The notes: generated by a model from the sequence alone, not told the origin. DNA of 64,000 nt from Parachlamydiales bacterium (GCA_019694475.1 JAIBBX010000003.1:248497-312496); one strand, 5' to 3'. Counted from the first letter of the stretch, positions 34,920 to 45,475 are shown. Translations and numbers: made by a program.

Positions 34920-37272
34920 GTGGATTGTATATGAATAGTGGAAGTTGGCTGTCTGGTTTTTTTTCGAGCTCTTTCAACATCTCTTCGGCTCTTTTAATCA
35001 CTTTTTGAGGCAGACCAGCAAGTTTTGCCACATGGATGCCATAACTTTTATCGGTGCCGCCTCGCACAATTTTTCTTAAAAAGACGATGCCGGATGCGAT
35101 TTCTTCAACAGCTGTTTGGAAATTCGCCGCATGAGGGAACTCCTCCTCCAGCTTGGTCAGCTCCCAGTAGTGGGTCGCAAAGAGTGTTTTGGCTGTTTTT
35201 CGATGGGTGGTGAGCAGATATTCTGCAACCGCCCAAGCAATTGAAATGCCGTCGTAGGTGCTGGTTCCTCGGCCAATCTCATCGAGAAGAACAAGAGAAC
35301 GAGAGGTTGCGTTATTGAGAATATTCGCAGTTTCAGACATTTCCACCATGAAGGTCGATTGGCCGCGCGCGAGATCGTCGCTTGCGCCGATTCGGGAAAA
35401 TACCTTGTCGATCAGGCCGATTTTGGCCGATTTGGCAGGGACAAAGGAGCCAACTTGAGCCAAGATTACAATGAGCGCTACTTGACGGATGTAGGTCGAT
35501 TTACCAGCCATGTTGGGTCCTGTGATCAGCATGAGCTGCTGCTCGGGATTCAAAACCGTATCATTCGGAATGAAAGAGGATCTGCCGATCGCACGTTCAA
35601 TGACCGGATGGCGTCCTTCGATGATTTCAAGCGTTTCTGATTCGTCGACAATCGGGCGGGTCCACTGATAAAAGGCGGCTACTTTGGCAAAAGAAAGGAG
35701 AACGTCATGCTTGGCAATCAATTTAGCTGCAGCATGCACCGCTTGCGCAAAAGAGGCGATTTCAGCTCTCATTTGCTCGAAGAGCTCTGTCTCAATCGCT
35801 TTGGACCGATCCTCAGCTGTGAGCACCTGATGCTCAAATTCCTTGAGTTCCTGCGTGATGAACCTTTCTGCATTGACAAGCGTTTGCCTTCGGACAAAAG
35901 TGGCGGGAATTTTATCGCCTTGAGCTCGGCTCACTTCAATGTAGTATCCGAACGCTTTAGTATAGCCCACTTTCAATGTTTTGATGCCCGTTTGCTCGCG
36001 CAAACCCACCTGATAATTGGCCATCCAGGTCATCGAGTCTTTGCAAAGAAGGCGGAGCTGGTCAAGCTCTTTGTTATAGCCGTCTTTGAAAATATCCCCT
36101 TCGCCGATGCGCAAGGGCGGAGAATCGTTCAAGCTTTCTAAAATTTTTTGGGCAAGGGGCCCTGCGTCAAAAAGGGAATCTAATTGGAGAAGTGTTTTAA
36201 TGGCTGGGAGATGAGAAAGAGAGACTCCAAGAGCATAGACGTCGCGCGGCGTAGCAAAACGGGCCGAGATCTTCATCATCAGCCGCTCAAGATCTCGCAC
36301 TTGCGATAAAATCTCGCGCGCTTTTTTAGCTACATCGGCCCGATGGATATAATTTTCAATTTCCTGCTGCCGCTCTGTGATTTGCTCGCAAGAAAGGAGC
36401 GGATATTGGAGCCACTGCCTGATTAGACGGCCTCCCATCGGCGTAGAGGTTTCATCGAGCAAATCGGTCAGGCTGGTGTCTATTTCAAGGTTGCGCATTG
36501 TTGAACGGTCGATCGCCATTGATGGGAGAGAGTCGAGTTGGATCGTTTGGATATGTTCGAGATTGAGATTGAGCTCTTCTTTCAGATAGAGCAAAAGGGA
36601 GCCTGCAGCAGTAATCGCAGCTGTTTTGCCTCTCAGGCCAAATCCATCGAGATTGTGCACATCGAAATGGGCTGTGAGCACGTCGGCGCTCAATTTGGGA
36701 TCGAGCGCTTTTTTCTCATTGGCAATGAAACCAAAATTGTAGGAGAGATCTTTTAAGAACTCAAATTTTTTTGAAACGAGCATTTCTGCAGGTCTTAAAC
36801 GGCAAAGCTCATCAATCGGCTCTTTTTCGTGTTCGCTTACCCTAAATTCGGTTGTCGTCAGATCGAGGGCGGCCAAACCATATGTCTCGCCGATTTGCAC
36901 GATCGATGTGAAAAAATTGTTTTTCTTGTCGTTGAGGAGTTGAGAATTGACGACTGTGCCTGGGGTGACGATCCGGACGATTTCCCGTTTGACAAGTCCC
37001 TTGGCAGCTTTTGGATCTTCTGTCTGTTCTGCGATTGCAATTTTGTATCCTTTTGCAATCAATTTATCGATGTAGCTTTCCGCAGTGTGGAAAGGGACGC
37101 CGCACATTGGAATGCCTTGGCGTGCAGTCAGCGTGAGGCCGATTTCTTTGGAAATGATTCCTGCGTCGTCGTAGAATGCTTCATAAAAATCGCCCAAACG
37201 GAAAAGAAGCAGCGCATCCTTGGCTTGCGCTTTGCAAGTTTGCCATTGGGACATCATCGGTGTAACAGTCAT
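34903..37272 (-). CDS. mutS: DNA mismatch repair protein MutS
   Basis: TPMMSQW N-terminus and Walker A GPNMAGKST. The track start at 37281 is 3 codons upstream. Confidence 0.92.
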   Translation of the reverse strand: MTVTPMMSQWQTCKAQAKDALLLFRLGDFYEAFYDDAGIISKEIGLTLTARQGIPMCGVPFHTAESYIDKLIAKGYKIAIAEQTEDPKAAKGLVKREIVRIVTPGTVVNSQLLNDKKNNFFTSIVQIGETYGLAALDLTTTEFRVSEHEKEPIDELCRLRPAEMLVSKKFEFLKDLSYNFGFIANEKKALDPKLSADVLTAHFDVHNLDGFGLRGKTAAITAAGSLLLYLKEELNLNLEHIQTIQLDSLPSMAIDRSTMRNLEIDTSLTDLLDETSTPMGGRLIRQWLQYPLLSCEQITERQQEIENYIHRADVAKKAREILSQVRDLERLMMKISARFATPRDVYALGVSLSHLPAIKTLLQLDSLFDAGPLAQKILESLNDSPPLRIGEGDIFKDGYNKELDQLRLLCKDSMTWMANYQVGLREQTGIKTLKVGYTKAFGYYIEVSRAQGDKIPATFVRRQTLVNAERFITQELKEFEHQVLTAEDRSKAIETELFEQMRAEIASFAQAVHAAAKLIAKHDVLLSFAKVAAFYQWTRPIVDESETLEIIEGRHPVIERAIGRSSFIPNDTVLNPEQQLMLITGPNMAGKSTYIRQVALIVILAQVGSFVPAKSAKIGLIDKVFSRIGASDDLARGQSTFMVEMSETANILNNATSRSLVLLDEIGRGTSTYDGISIAWAVAEYLLTTHRKTAKTLFATHYWELTKLEEEFPHAANFQTAVEEIASGIVFLRKIVRGGTDKSYGIHVAKLAGLPQKVIKRAEEMLKELEKKPDSQLPLFIYNPHALRS

Positions 37273-37321
37273 GGAAACCATGATGGCACTTTTCTATAAC
37301 AGATGTAAAGAGTGAAAAAAT

Positions 37322-37579
37322 ATGGGTTCAGCAGTAGATATTCAAATAGCACAGCCTCCTCAAATTGTCAGCCCAACGCCAGTTCGGCATAGAGTCTTTA
37401 AGTTCCCTCCCGATTCCGTGCTAAATCCTGCTACGGCCTTAAACGTGATCCAAGGACCTGATCGTTCTCAAACTCCTGCGCCTATAGAATCGAGGCCGCC
37501 GGTTTCAATGAAATACGGTTTTTCGTTGGAGCCCATCCAAGAAGAACAGGTAGAAAGCAAAGAGAAAAAAAATGACTAA
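37322..37579 (+). CDS. Hypothetical proline-rich small protein
   Basis: 85-aa ORF with no SD. It overlaps the next gene by 8 nt. Confidence 0.3.
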   Translation: MGSAVDIQIAQPPQIVSPTPVRHRVFKFPPDSVLNPATALNVIQGPDRSQTPAPIESRPPVSMKYGFSLEPIQEEQVESKEKKND

Positions 37580-38480
37580 GAAAAAAACGGCTTTGGCTCT
37601 CGTCCTTGCCTGTTTTTTTCTTCATGCTGAAGCGCCTTGGTTCACAGGTCCTTTGATCGCTCCGCCCGGAACAGCCATTCCCTATGGGAGATTCATGATC
37701 AAGCCTCAGATGCCATTTACCGTCTATCGCCCTCATTTTTTCAGCGCAAATCCCCAGCTTTCTTGTTTTTTCGGCCTCACGCCTTGGTGCGATATCAATA
37801 TTATTCCCCAATTTTTCTATCAAACGACCTCTCATGAGCATGATGTGCAGTTTGGAGATCTGACTGTTGGGCTGGACTTCCAGTTGCTGGATGCCGATGC
37901 GACCCCCTATTTCCCCGGCATCAAATTTGCCATCCGGGAAGTATTCCCAACAGGCAATTTCCAATTTTTACGCGCCAAAAAGTTGGGGACTGACCGTTCT
38001 GGGGAGGGAACGTTTGCGACGCAGGCGGCTCTTGTTTTCTATAAAGAATTTCATCTCTATCAGCTCTATTGGCTAGCCATGACTGCTAGCGCTCAATATA
38101 CAATCAACACACCCGTTCATGTTCAAGGATTCAATGCCTACGGGGGAGGTTTTGGGGCCAAGGGCACTGTTTTACCTGGGAATGCTTTTCAAGGGATCGT
38201 CAGTTTTGAGCTGTCGCTCAGCCAAAATTGGGCGCTCGCTATGGACAGCGTTTATACTCATAAAGATGAGTCCGAGTTTTTTGGCCGTCCTGGGATTGCT
38301 CTGATGCGAACGTTTGCGACCGTGGGCGGCCCCTCTTCCGATCAGCTCAGCTTCGCATTCGGCCTCGAATATAATTTCAGCGCCCATTTGGGCATCATTG
38401 GCGGATATTGGTTTTCTGCTTTAAGCAGAAACATCCCTGAATTTCAAAGCGGAGTTGTGAATGTACGCTATCTTTATTAG
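37572..38480 (+). CDS. Outer-membrane beta-barrel protein (MetA-pathway/transporter-like family)
   Basis: Signal peptide MTKKKTALALVLACFFLHA, alternating beta-strand pattern, and aromatic C-terminus VRYLY. Confidence 0.6.
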   Translation: MTKKKTALALVLACFFLHAEAPWFTGPLIAPPGTAIPYGRFMIKPQMPFTVYRPHFFSANPQLSCFFGLTPWCDINIIPQFFYQTTSHEHDVQFGDLTVGLDFQLLDADATPYFPGIKFAIREVFPTGNFQFLRAKKLGTDRSGEGTFATQAALVFYKEFHLYQLYWLAMTASAQYTINTPVHVQGFNAYGGGFGAKGTVLPGNAFQGIVSFELSLSQNWALAMDSVYTHKDESEFFGRPGIALMRTFATVGGPSSDQLSFAFGLEYNFSAHLGIIGGYWFSALSRNIPEFQSGVVNVRYLY

Positions 38481-39456
38481 CCTTTGTCTTTTGCTTTCCA
38501 TCGAAGCGAGAGAACTTGCGCCGATCATTCACGAAAATCTAATAGGCGATTCCATCATCGATACCAAACAGATCAAGATTCCAGGATTTCCAAAACTCTT
38601 CAATCCATCAATCGTTCCCTACAAAGATGGCTATCTCCTTTCCTTTCGGATTAGAGAACATCTTCCCCATCAAGAAAAAAAGATGCGCATAGACGCATCT
38701 TTCATCGGCCTTGCGCAATTGGATGAGCAATTCAAAGTTCTCGAAAAATCGGTTCAGATTTTAAATATCACCTCCTATGATTCTAAATTTTCTTTTCATG
38801 CAGAAGATGGACGGCTTTTCAAAGTCGGGAATCGCATTTTTCTTTTGTTCAATGACCTGCACCGTTTTGAAGAGAGGGATGGTTTTGCAATGTACTTAGC
38901 AGAATTGGTAGAGGAGGGGGGATTTATGGCGTTAAAGGATCCGGCGATTCCATTAAATTATTCTTCTTCGATCCCTGTCGAAAAAAATTGGACCCCTTTC
39001 ATTTCTGAAAGCAGGGTGTATTTGATTTACTCGGATCAGCCGCGAGTGATTTTAGAGCTTGATCTGAATACGGGGGATTGCCAGGAGATTTCACGCACAG
39101 AGTATGGAGATCTTTGGGATTTTGGCCAGGTTCGGGGAGGGTCGCCAGCGTGCTTGGTCGATGACCTCTTTGTTACTTTTTTCCACACGCGGTTTTTCGA
39201 TGGAGAAAATCGCATTTACATCATGGGAGCCTATGCGTTTGAAACGCAATTTCCTTTCTCCATTCGAGCGGTTACGCCTGCGCCGATTGGCATTCCTTCC
39301 TATTATCAAGAGGATAATTCAAGGAAAGTGGTATATCCATGCGGAATGATCGTTGAAGGAGATCGGATCCATGTGACATGGGGAAGAAGCGACAATGGAG
39401 CTTATCTGACTACCTTTGATAAGAATAAACTGATGAGAATTTTATGCCCAAAGTAA
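38461..39456 (+). CDS. Secreted beta-propeller-like protein (GH130/DUF377-like, tentative)
   Basis: Signal peptide. FNPSIVPYKDGYLLSFR, EKNWTPF, and GGSPA...YIMGAYAF...YPCGMIV..IHVTWGRSDN resemble 5-bladed propeller glycan enzymes. Confidence 0.4.
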   Translation: MYAIFISLCLLLSIEARELAPIIHENLIGDSIIDTKQIKIPGFPKLFNPSIVPYKDGYLLSFRIREHLPHQEKKMRIDASFIGLAQLDEQFKVLEKSVQILNITSYDSKFSFHAEDGRLFKVGNRIFLLFNDLHRFEERDGFAMYLAELVEEGGFMALKDPAIPLNYSSSIPVEKNWTPFISESRVYLIYSDQPRVILELDLNTGDCQEISRTEYGDLWDFGQVRGGSPACLVDDLFVTFFHTRFFDGENRIYIMGAYAFETQFPFSIRAVTPAPIGIPSYYQEDNSRKVVYPCGMIVEGDRIHVTWGRSDNGAYLTTFDKNKLMRILCPK

Positions 39457-40175
39457 CATTTGCGACTTCTTGCTGGGAAAGAGATTGGCGTACGATTTTG
39501 CTCGACCCTGAATATTTATCCAAGCGGCAGATCGGAAATCACCTATATCCTTTCTGTGAAAAAATTCTCATCATCAACAATGTAGAAGATCTTGGGCTGG
39601 TGGAAAGAATTGCTCAAGGCAAAGTGGACGAGGGCCTTTTGACTCGCTATGTGGTGGCGCGCGATGTACTTGAGTCCTTCGGATTAAAACGCTCTGATTT
39701 CAATGAATGGCAATATTACAATGCTTTAGCGCCGCTCATGGCCATTTATGAGGCGAGAGGCGATTATTTACTCTATTTGACGGGTGATGTTTCTTTGAAA
39801 AAGCCGGTCGATTGGATCGATAAGGCGATCCGGTTCATGGAAAAAAGGCCCGCTGTCAAAGTAGCCAATCTCACCTGGAATGATAATTATAGAGAAGCTA
39901 GGAAAGAGTCGTATCGGTCCACCTGGAATTTTTACGTGGCGAAAGAGGGCTTTTCAGATCAGATGTTTTTAGTGAACACAGATGAATTTAAAAGACCGAT
40001 TTATGGGGAAATCCGTGCCGATGGCGCCCATTATCCGCGCGGCGATGTGTTTGAAAAGCGCATCTTCAGCTACATGAAAAACCGGGGATGGGAGAGGATT
40101 ACCTATAAACGAGGGAGCTATGTTCATGAGGATGCGAACTTTTTCCGTCCTCAGAGTAGCGGCCCAAAATCGTGA
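39444..40175 (+). CDS. Hypothetical protein (possible GT-A-like fold)
   Basis: 243-aa ORF that overlaps the upstream gene by 13 nt and the convergent downstream gene by 77 nt. Confidence 0.45.
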   Translation: MPKVTFATSCWERDWRTILLDPEYLSKRQIGNHLYPFCEKILIINNVEDLGLVERIAQGKVDEGLLTRYVVARDVLESFGLKRSDFNEWQYYNALAPLMAIYEARGDYLLYLTGDVSLKKPVDWIDKAIRFMEKRPAVKVANLTWNDNYREARKESYRSTWNFYVAKEGFSDQMFLVNTDEFKRPIYGEIRADGAHYPRGDVFEKRIFSYMKNRGWERITYKRGSYVHEDANFFRPQSSGPKS

Positions 40176-43164
40176 TAAAGCCGTTTTGATCGATCATCGC
40201 GAGGTCATTTGTGATATACCAGCCATCGCGAATCGGATTTTCCCGTCCGTTCAAATATCCTTGCATCACATTCGGTCCCTTTACAATCAAAAGCCCTTCG
40301 GATCCTGTCGGTTTTTCCTCGAAAGAGGTTGGATCCACAATTTTAGCTAAAACGCCGGGGATGGTTTGCCCGACAGATCCCGGCACAGTGCCGATCTGAC
40401 AGATGCCCGCTTCCCGAACATCGATGGTGCTTGTGGCAATCACAGGAGAGCATTCTGTTGCTCCGTATCCTTCAATCGGGCGTATTCCAAACCGTTTTTC
40501 AAAAGCATCGCTAGTTTCGATTGCGAGCTTTTCCGATCCAGTGATCACGCATTTCAGAGAGCCAAACTGTTCGGGCAAAATCTTCTCGAGATATTTTTCG
40601 AGCATTTTGGGCGTACACATCATCAATTTGACATCGTATTTTTTCACCAGTTCTCCGATCGACTTGCAGTCGAAAGGATCTGGATGGATGATGAGTCCAA
40701 AACGCTGATTGAGTGATAGCCAAAGAAGCAAGTATCCATAGGCATGGGAGAAGGGGAGAGTTGTCAAAAGCGTTTTCTTTTTGCCTAAATAGGGGAACAC
40801 TTGAGAGAGCGATTCAATATTCGAGCTCACATTGAAGTGGGAGAGCACTACTCCTTTTGGTTCTCCTGTAGATCCGCTTGTGAAAAGAATGGTGAGCGGA
40901 TTTTGGCCGAAAATCTTTTCCATATCGCCAAATAGTCCGATCATTTTAGCCATGAAATTGCCCCAAGCACTTGTTCGAAAGAGATCTTCAACATAGAGGA
41001 CTTCGATTCCTGGAGGCTGGTATTTCCGGCTCGTGATTACAGTCTTTATCTGGGTCTCTTTGATTGTCAATTCAACGAATTCAGGATTGATATTGACCGT
41101 CGTGATTCCTTTCAGAGTCAGAGCAAAATTCAAAAGGGCCGATTGAATCCCTGTTTCAAGCAAAATGCCAACTTTCTCTTCCGCTTTTATTTTTTGTGCG
41201 AGAGCAACGATTTTGAATAAGGCCTGCCAGCCCGTTAGCTTTTCATGCTGATCAGCTAAAACGGTCTGTAAAGGGGATTTCCTTAGGTTGCTGATTAACT
41301 GGCGATAAATGGGGATTTGATCATCTTTCCTTGCCATCCAAGCGTCGTACTCCATTTCCTGGATGACTTTAAAAAGATCTGAAACAGATGTGTTTGCAGG
41401 GAGCGGTTTTCCAAATGTCATCGTCACGGAATAGGAGAACCGCTTAGGCCACTTGATGAAGAACTTGCCGCGCTCAAATGAAAAGATGCTGCCCCACACG
41501 TTTGCGATATGAATCGGTACAATGGGAAAGGACTTGCCTCGCGCGATGACTTCCAAGCCTCTTCTGAAGGGGAGCATTTTTCCTGTATGGGAGACTTGGC
41601 CCTCAGGGAAGATGCAAACGACTTCTCCTTGCTCTAACGCTTCGGTCGCCTTTCTCAGGCTTTCCAGAAGAACCCGCGGGCTAGATGTGCTCATCACCGG
41701 GATCGCGTTCATGAGTTTTGCGATCGGATGGATGAATCGCTTATGGTAATACGATTCATTCACGATAAAACGGACAGGGCGGTCGAGGGAGGCCATCACA
41801 AACAAGGCATCGATGACAGAGATGTGGTTTGCGACAAGTAGAATGGGCCCTTCTTTCGGTAAGTTTTCAAATTGTTCGATCCGGAGGCGATAAAACGTCC
41901 TTGTCAATATCATCACGCACAAACGGACAAGCGCTTTTGGGAACATCTTGATGTACCAAAGTGCGGCAAGCAGCACGATGACCGAAGAGGCGATCAGCAT
42001 CGTTTTTAGCCCAAGGCCGAAAAATGCCATCCCTGCTGCAAACAGAGATCCGCCGATCATCCCCGCTGTATCGAGGAAGCCGCTTAGGGCGATGATCGAG
42101 CCGCGCGATTCATTCGAAGCGCGCATTTGCAAAATCGCATGGATAGGGACGATCAAAAGACCGCATGAAAGCCCCATTAAAATCATCAAAATCAGAGTGC
42201 CTATCATCTCCGGCACAATCGTGCCTAAAAGAAGGGATGAAATCGTAAATCCAATCGCCCCAAGAGGGATGAAGCCATACTCGATTCGGTCTTTGGAGAA
42301 TTTTCCGCTTAAAAGAGCGCCAAAAGCGATTCCGATTCCAAAAGATGCGGGGAGTATGCCTTGTAAAAGTTCGCCTTTCTCAAGATCCATCACCAACGCT
42401 TTTGCATAGACAAGAACGTTTTGTCCTAAAAGGCTCAAGCAGGTCCAATAGACGATAGAGCCGCCAACCGCGAGAGCCAATATCCGATCCCCCCGGATCT
42501 CAGCCCAGGCATTTTTTAAGGAGCTTGTCAGTTTTTGCTTACCTCTCGAAGCGGGAACTTTAGCGACGAAAAAGGAGCTAAAAAATCCAATAATAGAAAA
42601 CCCTGTCAGCCATAATGGCCCTATCCAAGTGTATGCCGATCGAAGCCCTCCATGATCAGAAGCGAGTAAAATAGGACCAATTCCTGTGCCAGCGATGATC
42701 GCGATCATCGTCCACATTTCCATAAGGCCGTTACCCTTGGATAGTTCTTCTTTGGGAAGAAGCTCAGGTAAGATTCCATATTTGGCTGGTGCGAAAAGAG
42801 CGCTCTGAGCGCCCATGAGGCCAAGGAATACAAAGGGGATCGTTAAATGGGAGGGGGCAATATAGAGCGCCAAACAGCAGCAGGCCATCAGTATGACCTC
42901 GAGGCCCTTCATAAGAAGGATCACGGTTCTTTTGCTCATTTGGTCTGCAAGCGCTCCAGCGGGGATTGAAACGAGCATCATGGGCAGCAAAAAGATCACT
43001 AATGAAAGCGTAGCAAGGAGCTGCGAAGAGGCGGCGAAGGACCCATCATTCACTAAAGGCCTTGTGGCGATCGTGAATAGCATGACCTTCCATGCATTGT
43101 CGTTGAAAGCGCCAAAAAATTGGCTGACCAGCAAACCAAAAATTGAACGTTTTTTTGTTTCCAT
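40099..43164 (-). CDS. aas: Triple fusion: MFS lysophospholipid transporter (LplT-like), 1-acyl-glycerol-phosphate-type acyltransferase, and acyl-ACP synthetase (Aas-like)
   Basis: ~400-aa MFS N-terminus, acyltransferase block LVANHISVIDALF, and AMP-binding TSGSTGEPKGV / GYGATE / ITNDL / ILGR. The ORF ends ~15 aa after the GR (A8) motif. Confidence 0.8.
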   Translation of the reverse strand: METKKRSIFGLLVSQFFGAFNDNAWKVMLFTIATRPLVNDGSFAASSQLLATLSLVIFLLPMMLVSIPAGALADQMSKRTVILLMKGLEVILMACCCLALYIAPSHLTIPFVFLGLMGAQSALFAPAKYGILPELLPKEELSKGNGLMEMWTMIAIIAGTGIGPILLASDHGGLRSAYTWIGPLWLTGFSIIGFFSSFFVAKVPASRGKQKLTSSLKNAWAEIRGDRILALAVGGSIVYWTCLSLLGQNVLVYAKALVMDLEKGELLQGILPASFGIGIAFGALLSGKFSKDRIEYGFIPLGAIGFTISSLLLGTIVPEMIGTLILMILMGLSCGLLIVPIHAILQMRASNESRGSIIALSGFLDTAGMIGGSLFAAGMAFFGLGLKTMLIASSVIVLLAALWYIKMFPKALVRLCVMILTRTFYRLRIEQFENLPKEGPILLVANHISVIDALFVMASLDRPVRFIVNESYYHKRFIHPIAKLMNAIPVMSTSSPRVLLESLRKATEALEQGEVVCIFPEGQVSHTGKMLPFRRGLEVIARGKSFPIVPIHIANVWGSIFSFERGKFFIKWPKRFSYSVTMTFGKPLPANTSVSDLFKVIQEMEYDAWMARKDDQIPIYRQLISNLRKSPLQTVLADQHEKLTGWQALFKIVALAQKIKAEEKVGILLETGIQSALLNFALTLKGITTVNINPEFVELTIKETQIKTVITSRKYQPPGIEVLYVEDLFRTSAWGNFMAKMIGLFGDMEKIFGQNPLTILFTSGSTGEPKGVVLSHFNVSSNIESLSQVFPYLGKKKTLLTTLPFSHAYGYLLLWLSLNQRFGLIIHPDPFDCKSIGELVKKYDVKLMMCTPKMLEKYLEKILPEQFGSLKCVITGSEKLAIETSDAFEKRFGIRPIEGYGATECSPVIATSTIDVREAGICQIGTVPGSVGQTIPGVLAKIVDPTSFEEKPTGSEGLLIVKGPNVMQGYLNGRENPIRDGWYITNDLAMIDQNGFITILGRYSEDGKSSHPHEHSSLVYR

Positions 43165-43223
43165 GGTGCGAGAATTATCGCATTTTAGTCCATTAAATGT
43201 GAATCGATAGGAAAATATTTTTT

Positions 43224-43616
43224 TTACTTTTTGGTTCCTAGAGACAGGGTGGGAGGAACGTCCTTTTGCCCGGCGAAGATGAGGATGAATTCGGCGTCTG
43301 TCTTCCCCTGGTTTTCCCCATAGTGCCAGATATTGACCGATTCAGCCCAAGCATCCCCTTTTTTCAAGGTTACGCTTTTGACTTGGGTCGGATTGTCAAA
43401 ACTCCCCATCGGATCGTTGGTTGAAAACATCGTCAATTCGCCAGAGATCATATAGCCCGCCCCATTCATAGGATGAACGTGGACCGTGGTTTTGGCTCCA
43501 GGTTCTATCCGATAATGGAGAATTTTAAATTCGGTGACCCCGGAATTGAAGCCGGGAAGCGGCGTTCCGCTCCAGCTTTGAGTCGTTTTGAGGACCTCTT
43601 TGATATAGACCTTCAT
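43224..43616 (-). CDS. Cupin-domain protein
   Basis: Cupin_2 motif TTVHVHPMNGAGYMISGELTM. Confidence 0.65.
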   Translation of the reverse strand: MKVYIKEVLKTTQSWSGTPLPGFNSGVTEFKILHYRIEPGAKTTVHVHPMNGAGYMISGELTMFSTNDPMGSFDNPTQVKSVTLKKGDAWAESVNIWHYGENQGKTDAEFILIFAGQKDVPPTLSLGTKK

Positions 43617-43687
43617 ATAACATCACAATACAGATTTTGAAATATTGGACTACATGAAAAATCTCCAATCAGAGAGAATCAATTTCG

Positions 43688-45463
43688 ATGGGCACTTTTT
43701 CCAGAGAAAGTCTTGAACTTTTACGATCGCGGATTGACCTCGTTGAGGTCCTCTCTCCCTATCTGAAACTCCAAAGAGCGGGCGCGGCGCATAAAGCCCT
43801 CTGCCCATTCCATGATGAAAAAACCCCCTCTTTTGTAATCAATCGAGGCGATAACCACTACCACTGCTTCGGATGCGGCGCCCATGGCGATGCAATCCAG
43901 TTTTTAATGACCCATCTTAAGATGAGTTTTTCGGAAGCTGTGGAGAGTTTGGCCGATCGATTCCATGTGCAGTTGGAAGAGGTGAAGGGAGACAATCAAC
44001 CCAAAGGCCCTCCAAAAGCAGCTCTGAAAGATGCCCTCGAGCGGGCCTGCCAATTTTATCAGTTTTATCTGTTACATACTTTAGAAGGGCATGCTGCTTT
44101 AGATTATCTGTATAACCGCGGCATTACGCTTGATTTCATTCAGCAGTTTCAGCTTGGGCTTGCCCCAAAGCAGCCGCAGATTTTCTCAAAGGCAATGTGG
44201 GAACAAAAAATCTCAAATACGCTCCTGGAAGAGGTTGGGCTTCTGTCCAAAGGGCGTGAATTTTTCTCGGACCGGATCACGATCCCGATCCGCGATCCGC
44301 AAGGCTCTGTCATTGGCTTTTCGGCTAGGAAATATAAGACAGACACATTTGGCGGCAAATATGTAAATAGCCCAGAGACGACTCTCTTCAAAAAGTCCAA
44401 AGTGCTCTTTGGTCTTAGTTTTTCGCGCAAAACGATTGCAAAAACACGGAAAGCGCTGATCGTCGAAGGGCAAATCGATGCGCTCAGGCTCATCTATTCA
44501 GGTTTCGATTGGACTGTGGCGGGGCAGGGAACAGCTTTTGGAGAAGAGCAGGCCAAAGAACTCATTCATCTCGGGGTCAGACAAGTTTATCTAGGCCTAG
44601 ATGGCGATAACGCAGGGCAGGAAGCCGCTGTAAAGATCGGCAATCTCTTTCAAAAAGAGGGGATCGAGGTTTTTGTGCTCAAATTGCCCGAAAAATGCGA
44701 CCCCGATCTCCTTTTGCAAGAAAAGGGTCCGGAAGAGTGGCAAAGATTGATCGAAACGGCGCAAGATTATCTCACTTTTTGGGTGGAACATCTTTCCAAG
44801 ACGATCAATCCGCAATCGCCCGCCGGGAAAAACGAACTGGTGCAAACCATTGCGAAAAGGATCCGCGAATGGGATCACCCGCTCATGGTGCACGAGTCTT
44901 TGCGTAAACTTGCCCGCTTGACCCAGACTCCCGAATCCATTGTCGGTACCCCTGAACAAAACGCCCCACAAGTGCATATCAAGCGCTCCGCCAGCGTCTC
45001 ATTTACCGAGATCGATCCAGACAGGATACTGGAGGCCGATCTCCTCCGTTGGCTTTTCCTCATGGGAGAGAGCTGTCCCAATCTAATATCGATTGCTGAA
45101 GCGAACCTAAAACCAGAACATTTTAGGGTTTCAGCCGGCCGCAGCCTCTATGAAAAATATCTCGAAGCAACCAAGGAAAATAAGCCCCGCGACCTCCTCT
45201 CTTTGGCCATAGATTTAGAACAGGCTGAGCAGCAGCTTTTCATGGCCGATATCTTGCAAAAAAGGGTCAATCGGGAGCGAGCTGTTGCCTGTTTTGTCGA
45301 AACGGTGCAAAGGCTTTTGGAGCGGCACTGGATGCATCAAAGGGAAGAGATTAAACTCAAGATTTTCAGCGGCACCTGCAGCGAGGAAGAGGTGCTGGAG
45401 CTGGCCCGCAAATTCGATGAAATCAAAAAAATGCGTCCCCAGACGATTGTTCCAGATCAATAA
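43688..45463 (+). CDS. dnaG: DNA primase
   Basis: CHC2 zinc finger CPFHDEKTPSFVI...YHCFGCGAHGD and Toprim EGQIDALRL...DGDNAGQ. Confidence 0.92.
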   Translation: MGTFSRESLELLRSRIDLVEVLSPYLKLQRAGAAHKALCPFHDEKTPSFVINRGDNHYHCFGCGAHGDAIQFLMTHLKMSFSEAVESLADRFHVQLEEVKGDNQPKGPPKAALKDALERACQFYQFYLLHTLEGHAALDYLYNRGITLDFIQQFQLGLAPKQPQIFSKAMWEQKISNTLLEEVGLLSKGREFFSDRITIPIRDPQGSVIGFSARKYKTDTFGGKYVNSPETTLFKKSKVLFGLSFSRKTIAKTRKALIVEGQIDALRLIYSGFDWTVAGQGTAFGEEQAKELIHLGVRQVYLGLDGDNAGQEAAVKIGNLFQKEGIEVFVLKLPEKCDPDLLLQEKGPEEWQRLIETAQDYLTFWVEHLSKTINPQSPAGKNELVQTIAKRIREWDHPLMVHESLRKLARLTQTPESIVGTPEQNAPQVHIKRSASVSFTEIDPDRILEADLLRWLFLMGESCPNLISIAEANLKPEHFRVSAGRSLYEKYLEATKENKPRDLLSLAIDLEQAEQQLFMADILQKRVNRERAVACFVETVQRLLERHWMHQREEIKLKIFSGTCSEEEVLELARKFDEIKKMRPQTIVPDQ

Positions 45464-45475
45464 GAGAGAAAAGTC

